Shown: one piece after another, positions 56,728-64,000 of the stretch
How positions within the stretch are numbered: position 1 is the first letter of the stretch
How the letters are laid out: each line of letters starts with the position of its first letter
Source: Pelagomonas calceolata
Lineage: Eukaryota
DNA: 64,000 nt
Direction of reading: 5' to 3'
Assembly (NCBI GenBank): GCA_918797485.1
Contig: CAKKNE010000006.1
Span: 682,001-746,000, forward strand
Program-made: the position numbers and the translations under genes
Notes under the pieces: generated by a model
What the model was told of the DNA's origin: nothing
What the model saw: the letters and a program-made list of their open reading frames with translations, nothing else
Database searches by the model: none

Positions 56728-57029
56728 GCGAGGAGCTTAATACAGGGCAGCCTTCCTTTGGTCCGCTGCCGATGCAAATGCAACCCGCAGCCCACAGTTC
56801 ACGGGTGAACGGTGCGCAGAAGCAGGCAATGGCTGCCACTGGGTGAAGGCTGCCCTCCTCGCGCTGGCCCGACTCGGGAGACCGGCAGCATGATGCGCAT
56901 GGGGCCTGCCGGGTTGCCACGCGCCGACACGCCGAAAGCTCTCGCGGGAGCTCTCCGATCGCCTTTACGCCATCGACGCGACGCGCAGACGCGACGTAGA
57001 CTTTCCAAAACTTACACACAGAAGCCGCG

Positions 57030-57791
57030 TCAGCCCGCGGCCAGCGCGTCCAGAAAGACACCCACATGATGAAAGACCGTGTCGTGCGGGATGTCGTTGT
57101 GCCCATACCCAGGAATCCACGCCGGGTCCACGGGACGTTGAGCCAACTTCTGCAAAGCTCGCCCGCACCGTAAAGGCACCACATCATCGTCGGTGCCGTG
57201 CATGATGAAGACGCGAGAAGACACTTTTGCCATTTTCTCGTGGTTCACGAAGATGTCGATGGGCCGCAACGCGAGCGAGGACCCGTAGCCCAGCGCGCAC
57301 CTTATTGCTGAATCGATGGGTGATTGTAGTATCAACCCTTTCGCTTCCACGCGCGACGCCAGATCGACGGAAGGGCCGGTGCCAATACTTCGACCGTAGA
57401 TGACAATTGTTGTAGGATCGACACCATGAGCAATGAGGTAGGCCCAGGCCGCGTCGATGGCCCGGTAGCACCCGCGTTCCGACGGCACGCAGTCCTTAAA
57501 ACGCGAGGGGCCGTAGCCGACGTACTCGTAACTGAAGACGTCGGCGCCCGTCCTATGAGCCAGGGCCGTCACGAACGGTAAATGTAAAGCGATGTCTTCC
57601 GCGTTGCCATGACTAAATAACAGGGTCACGTTCCGCCGTCGTCGTAACGGTGCTTGGATGTGGATGGCCGGGATGCGCTCGCCTTTTTTCGTTTCGAGCC
57701 ACACCAAGTCTCGTCTCTTCAATAAGTCGTGGTAGAAGGACTGGGGGAGCTTCGGGACCGGGAACGCCAGTGAGGATACTAAGCCGCCCAT
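57030..57791 (-). CDS. ABHD17: ABHD17-like alpha/beta hydrolase
   Basis: LFSHGNAED, YEYVGYG, YGRSIGTGPS, MHGTDDDVVP, GHND. Confidence 0.9.
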   Translation of the reverse strand: MGGLVSSLAFPVPKLPQSFYHDLLKRRDLVWLETKKGERIPAIHIQAPLRRRRNVTLLFSHGNAEDIALHLPFVTALAHRTGADVFSYEYVGYGPSRFKDCVPSERGCYRAIDAAWAYLIAHGVDPTTIVIYGRSIGTGPSVDLASRVEAKGLILQSPIDSAIRCALGYGSSLALRPIDIFVNHEKMAKVSSRVFIMHGTDDDVVPLRCGRALQKLAQRPVDPAWIPGYGHNDIPHDTVFHHVGVFLDALAAG

Positions 57792-57991
57792 TGTTGTGCT
57801 CACGCGTCGGCGGCGTGCAGCGTCCCTGAGGGCTGCAGCCTTGTATTTGCTCGCTTTTGCTCGCTTTTCTGAGCAGCGAACGGCTGTGAGCAAGACAGCG
57901 CTATCGATATAGTATTTTTCAGATGTTACTCTTGCAAAACTTCGAGCGGTATGCGCGTTTGACGGGCAAGAGCTGCGTTTTTTGCAGCTTG

Positions 57992-58015
57992 CTAGTGTGT
58001 CTTACAGGCCGCTAG
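57992..58015. promoter_or_regulatory. Recurrent promoter element (reverse orientation)
   Basis: CTAGTGTGTCTTACAGGCCGCTAG between divergent ATGs 57791 and 58276. Confidence 0.72.
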
Positions 58016-58275
58016 CTCCGAGGAATCCGCGCCTTGCTGTGACGCGTACAGAGACCTCCAAAGGCGCCCGAGCAGGCATCGGGCCTGGTTTTAGAGCGGC
58101 TTTGTCGGTCCACTTGATGCCATGCTCTTGCTTTTTTGCGACGACGTCTGCGTTAACGCATTAGCGATTCTGCCGCAGCAGCACTGCCGGTAAGGTCCGC
58201 AAGGGCTGTGCTCGCCACCCGCCGGCATTACACTGCACGAAACGACGATTATCGGGCGCATCACATAGATATAGC

Positions 58276-58923
58276 ATGGTGCTCAAGCAAGAGCGACGAG
58301 TAAACGCCGCGAGCGTAGCCAAACGCCAGTCGATCAGCGCGGCAGCAGCCCAGAAGAAGCTTGAAATCGAGGAGGCGGCAAGGGAAGCCCAGCTGCAAAA
58401 GGCGTGGGCCGTCGGCGCCGACGAGAGGAGTAGACGACGACAAGACGAGGAGAACCAGCGCGAGACGCGGCGAGCTGAAAAGCAACAGGCCAAGGACGAG
58501 GCCCTGCGCAATGACGAGATCGAGGGCCCGTCGCTCGTCAAGCCGCGACGAGCACATTCTTCTGATGATCTGCTGGGACTCGCGTTAATGCAGCAAACCG
58601 CAGAGAAACGCCTCAAGGCCCGACGGAAGAAGCCCAACTCTCCACCTAGGACGCCGTCCATGTCCTCGCTGCAGGAAGACATGCTCGACGTCCAGCGAAA
58701 CACGAATCGCGACGTCGACACGGACGCTTTACGACGGGAGGCCGCTGATGAGAGGATGCTCTCGTCCGTGCGACGGACGCAGTCCTGCGGCACGCTCGGT
58801 GGGTTAGTGGTGCCGCCGTCGCCGCCTCGATCAAACGGCAAAAAGTTCAGTCGGAAAGGCGTGCGGAAGGTTCCCTCCAAGAGCTCGCTGCGCTTCGTTT
58901 CCGAGGAGCTGTGCTGCGCCTAA
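58276..58923 (+). CDS. Hypothetical charged coiled-coil protein
   Basis: 215-aa E/K/R-rich ORF ending ELCCA. Confidence 0.55.
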   Translation: MVLKQERRVNAASVAKRQSISAAAAQKKLEIEEAAREAQLQKAWAVGADERSRRRQDEENQRETRRAEKQQAKDEALRNDEIEGPSLVKPRRAHSSDDLLGLALMQQTAEKRLKARRKKPNSPPRTPSMSSLQEDMLDVQRNTNRDVDTDALRREAADERMLSSVRRTQSCGTLGGLVVPPSPPRSNGKKFSRKGVRKVPSKSSLRFVSEELCCA

Positions 58924-59322
58924 GGTATGTGTCCTTTATTTACGTAGCGGCGACGGCGTCGGGGGGATGCGGCGGCCGCCGCGGGCGCGTCCCGCGCCAC
59001 CACAAGGCGCGCGGGCTTTCGTATTCGTCTAATGAACCCAGAGACGTCCGGTGACGGCTACAAGAGCCCTCAGAAGCGTCGCGCGGAACGCGCTTTGGCC
59101 ACAGACGTGAAAGGCAAACAAAGCGATTGAGCACGCTGCGCGCCTGGGAACAGCCCTATACGTGAGTTTCACAGCGGTTCCAGCGCTTGGGTAGCATCAC
59201 GCGTGGCCTGGCAACCTGCTGCACGCGAGCAAGCCGCGTTGCTTGGCACACTCAAGCCACAAAGTGCCACAGTCCTCTGCTAGGCAGCAGAGGCGCGTCG
59301 AGGCGCGTCGACGCCATAAACC

Positions 59323-60156
59323 ATGGCCGCGGTCCGCTGCACCATAGCGGCGGCCCTCATCGGCCAGGCCTGGGGCCTCGTCCCACCTCAACCGACGCAA
59401 GCGAGGCATACGACGCTCCACGCGAAGCGACCAGACTACATTCCCGGCGTCATCTCCGATCCAGGTTATGTGAGAATATTCGACACGACGCTCCGAGACG
59501 GCGAACAAAGCCCGGGCGCCACGCTCACGTCGAACGAAAAGCTCGACATCGCAAGGATGTTGGCCAAACTGGGAGTCGATATTATCGAGGCAGGCTTCCC
59601 CATCGCCTCTCCCGATGATTTTGACGCCGTCAACCAGATCGCGCGCGTCGTCGGGAATGAAGTGGATGAGGACGGCTACGTCCCTGTTATTTGTGGCTTG
59701 TCCCGTGCCAATCCCAAGGACATCGAGCGCGCGTGGGAAGCAGTCAAGCCAGCGGTAAGACCGCGCGTCCACACGTTCATCGCCACATCACCAATACACA
59801 TGGAGACGAAGCTCAAGAAGACGCCGGACGAGGTTTTACAAATTGCCGTCGATGCCGTAAAATTTGCCAAGTCGCTCGGCTGCGACGACATCGAATTCTC
59901 GCCGGAAGATGCGGGTCGCAGCGACCCCGAGTTCCTGATCAAGGTGTTGAGTGCCGTGGTCGACGCGGGGGCTACTACGCTGAACATCCCCGATACGACG
60001 GGATGGAATGTACCCTGGGAGTTCGGACCCCTGATCCAGCAGCTCCGGGAGGGCCTCGGCGAGAAGGCTGATAGGGTTGTATTTAGTACGCACTGCCAGA
60101 ACGATCTAGGGTTATCTACCGCTAACAGTATCGCGGGTGCGGCCCATGGCGCGAGG

Positions 60157-60191
<35 letters not shown>

Positions 60192-61134
60192 GGCGGGCAA
60201 CGCGGCATTGGAGGAGGTAGTCATGGCTCTGGCCTTGAAAGGACCGACGCACTTCGGGGCGAAGGGGCCTTGTGGTGAAGGTCCTGATCTGAGGACGGGC
60301 ATCGACCCCGTCCACATCACGCCGACCTCGAACATGGTAAAAGAGTACACGGGCATGGCCGTCCAGCCCCACAAGGCTATTGTGGGGGCCAACGCCTTCC
60401 AGCACGAGTCGGGCATCCACCAGGACGGCATGATCAAGAACAAGCAGACGTACGAGATCATGACGCCCGAGTCCATCGGTTTGATGCGCGGCGACCAGCA
60501 GTCCGGCGCGGGCATCGTTTTAGGTAAACACTCCGGAAGGAACGCCGTCTCGACGAGATTGAATGAGTTAGGATATGAGTTAGATGATGACAAACTACAA
60601 GCGATTTTTATTCGCTTCAAGGAGGTCGCCGAACGGAAAAAGGGCGGGTTGGACGACGACGACCTCGAGGCTCTTGTCGCTGATGAGGTTTATAGTGCCC
60701 AGGCCATGTGGCGGTTGGAGCGAGTGCAGGTGACCACGGGTTCTGGTGTCGTGCCCACCGCGACCGTCGCGCTCACAGGACCGGACGGCGTGGAACGCCA
60801 GGGCGTCGCCATGGGCACGGGGCCCGTCGACGCGGCCTACAAGGCCATCGACGCGTTGACTTCTGTGAAAGTTCATCTCGAGACGTACAGCATGGAGTCT
60901 GTTAACGCGGGCATAGAAGCGATGGCGACGACGAAGGTCGTGGTCAATCCCGTCGACTCGGCGACGTCGCTGCACTCGTCCGGGTATACGACTTCCCGGA
61001 AGTTTTCTGGTTCCGGTTCGGATACCGACGTCGTGGTCTCGTCGGCCCGCGCGTACGTGGCAGCGGTGAACAAGCTCATCCGCTGGAACATGCGGCGGGC
61101 GGCGGCGGAGCAGGTCGAGGCGCAGGAGGCGTGA
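59323..61134 (+). CDS. leuA: 2-isopropylmalate synthase, plastid-targeted
   Basis: [57 protein letters not shown] regulatory domain; signal-like leader. Confidence 0.97.
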
Positions 61135-61342
61135 GTCGCGTAAGGTGGGGTTTCTACGTTCCTGCGTTGATGGCGTGAGAGGTGCTAGGACTCGTAGGTG
61201 GCGCCCCTGCGGGGGAGACACTGCGCGTCGGTTGAGGGGGGGGGGAGAGAGAGAGAGTCGATTATTGAGCTAGCCCCCTAGCACGGTCATGAGTGACCCG
61301 CGCGCTAGGCCTCATTCCAGGGCGCTAGGAAATCCTCGTGAG

Positions 61343-61362
61343 CTAGCGCTGTAAGACACTAG
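61343..61362. promoter_or_regulatory. Recurrent promoter element
   Basis: CTAGCGCTGTAAGACACTAG about 205 bp upstream of the Sec24 ATG. Confidence 0.75.
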
Positions 61363-61566
61363 CACAAGCTCATTTTTTTGGTCGTCCAAAAAGCGGTGGA
61401 CGCGTGGCCCCGCTGTAGGGTTTCGTGCAAGGAGGCTAGCGAAAACTTGCTTGAGACGTTCTATCGCTGCGGTAAAGTGGCGCGAGCGCTTCGCTGAGCT
61501 TGGCCTGAGCCCAAGCAAGAGAGGCCGACGACCCAGGCATCTCGCCGCCAGCGGCAGCGAGCAGCC

Positions 61567-64000
61567 ATGTCTGGCTACCCGCCGCCGCCGCCAGGCGCCT
61601 ACGGCCAGCCGCAAGCGCCGCGCCCTGCCTATGGTCAGCCGCAGGCGCCCAGGCCTGCGTACGGTGCGCCGCCCGGTCAGGCGCCCGGAGGCTACGCCCA
61701 GCCCGGCGCACCAGCGGCGCCGCGAGGCTATGCGCAGCCGGGTGCGCCGGCGGCGCCGCGCCAGCAGTTCGGCGCCGCTCCCGCCGCGCCGCGACAACAA
61801 TTTGGGGCGCCGGCGCCGCGATCATACGCGCCCCCTGCGGCGAGACCGCCGGCCGCTCCGGGTGGCTACGGCCAGCAGGCGCCGCGCGGCTATGCTCAAC
61901 CAGGGGCTCCGGCGGCGCCGCGGTCCTACGCGCCGCCGGCCGCGAGGCCGCCGGCCGCGCCCGCGGCGCCGCGAGGCCTAGCGCCGCCTGCGACGGCGCC
62001 CGCGCGAGGCTTCGCGCCGCAGGCGCCGCGCGCGCCGGCCGCGCCGCGGGGCCTGGCGCCGCCGGCCACCGCGCCGGCGCGCGGGCCGCCAATGGGCGCG
62101 CCGCGGCCGCCGATGGGCGCCGCGCCGGCGAGGGGCCCGCCGATGGGCGCCGCGCCGCCGATGAGCGCGCCGCCGGCCAGAGGACCGCAGGCCGCCTTCC
62201 ACCAGGTGCCGGCGCGCGCGGCCCAGCCGCCCACTGCTCAATTCGGCCAGATGCGCGTCGCCGACGGCGCGCCGCCGCCGCCAGGGCCTCCAAGAGGGCC
62301 GCCCTCGCGCAGCGGCTCCATGGTGAGCGCGCCGTCGCAGCAGGCCCCGAAGACGTTTCAAGGCTACGCGCCCGCCGCGGAGGGCGGCTACGTGCCGACG
62401 GCCCCCGGCGGCGCCGCCGCGCCGCCCGGGGCCGCGCAGCCCAGTCGTAGTCGCGCCGACATTTTGGCCTCGCCGCGGGGCTCCATGTCGCAGCCGGCGC
62501 TGCCCGCGGCGCCTATGAGCATGCCCGCGCCCCAGGTGGAAATAGATGAATCATCCCAGTGTGACGGCCGCTACATGCGCTGCTCCGTGAAGACGCTCCC
62601 GTCGACGGCGCAAGTCGCGTCCGCGTCGAAGCTCCCGCTCGGAGTGGTGTGCCAGCCCATGGCCCTCGATAGCCAGCAGGACGCGCCTCTGGACGTGGTT
62701 AACTTCGGCTCGACCGGTATTGTGAGGTGCAAGAAGTGCCGCGCCTACGTGAACCCCTTCGTGGCCTGGGTGAATAACGGGAGGCAGTGGCGCTGCAACG
62801 TCTGCGGCTTTAGCAACGACGTTCCGAATAGCTATTTCTGCCAGTTGGATGAGCGAGGTCGACGTAGAGATCGAGATCAAAGACCGGAACTGTCCAAGGG
62901 TAGTGTCGAGTTGGTGGCTCCGGGCGAGTACATGGTGCGACCCCCGCAGCCACCCGTGTACGTGTTCGCTGTGGATGTCTCCGCGCCGTCCGTGGCGTCT
63001 GGGCTGGTCAATGTCGCTGCTAGTACGATCAAGAAGTGTCTTGACAGTTTACCAGGAGCACCTCGCACTCAGGTTGCCGTCGTCACTTATGATAGCAGTG
63101 TGCACTTCTACAACCTGAAGGCGTCGCTGAAGCAGCCGTCCATGTTGACCGTGCCTGATCTTACTGATCTATTTGTACCGTTGCCGGATGATTTGCTGGT
63201 CAACTTGGCCGAAAGTAGAGAATCGATAGATATGCTGCTCGATAGTCTACCGCAGATGCATTCTGGTTCACCGTCACCGGCGTCATGTTTGGGTGCAGCG
63301 TTAACCGCGGCGTACCGCGTCATGGGCCATGTCGGTGGGAAGTTGTGCGTCTTCCAATCCCAGTTGCCGAACTGTGGCGAGGCTGCTCTGAAGAACCGAG
63401 AGAATCCTCGAGCCTATGGCACTGATGGGGAGAGAATGCTTTTACTGGCCGAGCAGAGCAAGGGCAAGAGTCCAGAACAAACTACTGCGTCGTGGTACGA
63501 GACGAGGGCCATCGAGTTTTCGCGGCTCCAGATCGGCGTGGAATTATTTGTGGCTCCTCCTACGAATGCCTACGTCGACCTCGCGACGTTGGCACTCCTC
63601 CCGAAGATCACGGCGGGCCAACTCTATTACTATCCGCAGTTCTCGTCCAAGAAAGATGCTGCTAAACTCGAGGCAGAACTAACGAGAGCTCTGACGCGAC
63701 CGACGGGCTTCGAGGCGGTGATGAGGGTCCGATGTACGCGCGGTCTACGTGTCTCCGCCTTCCGAGGCAACTATTATGTCAGGGGCCACGACTTACTGGC
63801 GCTGCCGAATTGTACTCCGGAAAGCGTTTTTGCCCTTGAAATTGCACATGATGCGGAAGCTCCCTTGACCGCTGGGGCCGCGTCGGTGCAGGCGTCTCTA
63901 CTGTATACGACTTCCTCCGGGGAGAGGAGGATTCGCGTGCACACTTTGGTGCTGCCGACGTCTCCCGACGTTGGTGTGGTCGCGGCGTCGGCGGACGTTG
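61567..64000 (+). CDS. SEC24: COPII coat subunit Sec24 (runs off the window end)
   Basis: Pro-rich N-terminus, then IVRCKKCRAYVNPF...WRCNVC zinc finger, RPELSKGSVE, YMVRPPQPPVYVFAVDVS, GFEAVMRVRC, GERRIRVHT. Absent from the ORF track because no stop falls in the window. Confidence 0.96.
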   Translation, partial: MSGYPPPPPGAYGQPQAPRPAYGQPQAPRPAYGAPPGQAPGGYAQPGAPAAPRGYAQPGAPAAPRQQFGAAPAAPRQQFGAPAPRSYAPPAARPPAAPGGYGQQAPRGYAQPGAPAAPRSYAPPAARPPAAPAAPRGLAPPATAPARGFAPQAPRAPAAPRGLAPPATAPARGPPMGAPRPPMGAAPARGPPMGAAPPMSAPPARGPQAAFHQVPARAAQPPTAQFGQMRVADGAPPPPGPPRGPPSRSGSMVSAPSQQAPKTFQGYAPAAEGGYVPTAPGGAAAPPGAAQPSRSRADILASPRGSMSQPALPAAPMSMPAPQVEIDESSQCDGRYMRCSVKTLPSTAQVASASKLPLGVVCQPMALDSQQDAPLDVVNFGSTGIVRCKKCRAYVNPFVAWVNNGRQWRCNVCGFSNDVPNSYFCQLDERGRRRDRDQRPELSKGSVELVAPGEYMVRPPQPPVYVFAVDVSAPSVASGLVNVAASTIKKCLDSLPGAPRTQVAVVTYDSSVHFYNLKASLKQPSMLTVPDLTDLFVPLPDDLLVNLAESRESIDMLLDSLPQMHSGSPSPASCLGAALTAAYRVMGHVGGKLCVFQSQLPNCGEAALKNRENPRAYGTDGERMLLLAEQSKGKSPEQTTASWYETRAIEFSRLQIGVELFVAPPTNAYVDLATLALLPKITAGQLYYYPQFSSKKDAAKLEAELTRALTRPTGFEAVMRVRCTRGLRVSAFRGNYYVRGHDLLALPNCTPESVFALEIAHDAEAPLTAGAASVQASLLYTTSSGERRIRVHTLVLPTSPDVGVVAASADV

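Noticed and set aside
61131..61197. GTGAGT overlapping the IPMS stop with a downstream core-like TTGATGGCGT and TAG
   Set aside because: It may be an intron changing the last codons, but the unspliced protein is already complete; cannot be decided without transcripts.
61235..61258. Poly-G/(GA)n tract
   Set aside because: Short simple repeat in an intergenic region with no further structure.

Overview
Gene-dense, GC-rich eukaryotic nuclear DNA with about 40 compact genes in mostly divergent/convergent pairs. The very short intergenic spaces and TIR/TSD-type introns point to a pelagophyte alga (Pelagomonas/Aureococcus-like); this is an inference. Most genes are housekeeping: XPO6-like exportin, CLPTM1, pinin, HDAC, two KH paralogs, MePCE, Nup35, USP-MYND, IMPDH, HMG-box, RSL1D1, thioredoxin, SulP, CENP-C, ABHD17, IPMS and Sec24. 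Four things stand out. (1) A gene at 31855-34278 fuses a predicted myristoylated RelA/SpoT-like nucleotidyltransferase to a seven-repeat WD40 array. The array is built from tandem exon+intron cassettes, about one repeat per exon, with variation concentrated at a few positions, like an immune receptor. (2) Nearly all introns look like introner transposons (15-bp TIR, 8-bp TSD) at different stages of decay. They share a CGG(C/T)G motif just after the donor, and most share an internal CGCCATCGACGCG-like core. (3) A conserved CTAGC-N3-7-GTAAGACACTAG element sits about 100-260 bp upstream of ATGs in many promoters. (4) There is a MULE-like MITE and a tandem RING-Tudor pair whose second copy is disrupted. 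All family calls come from motif recognition by eye; no database search was run.
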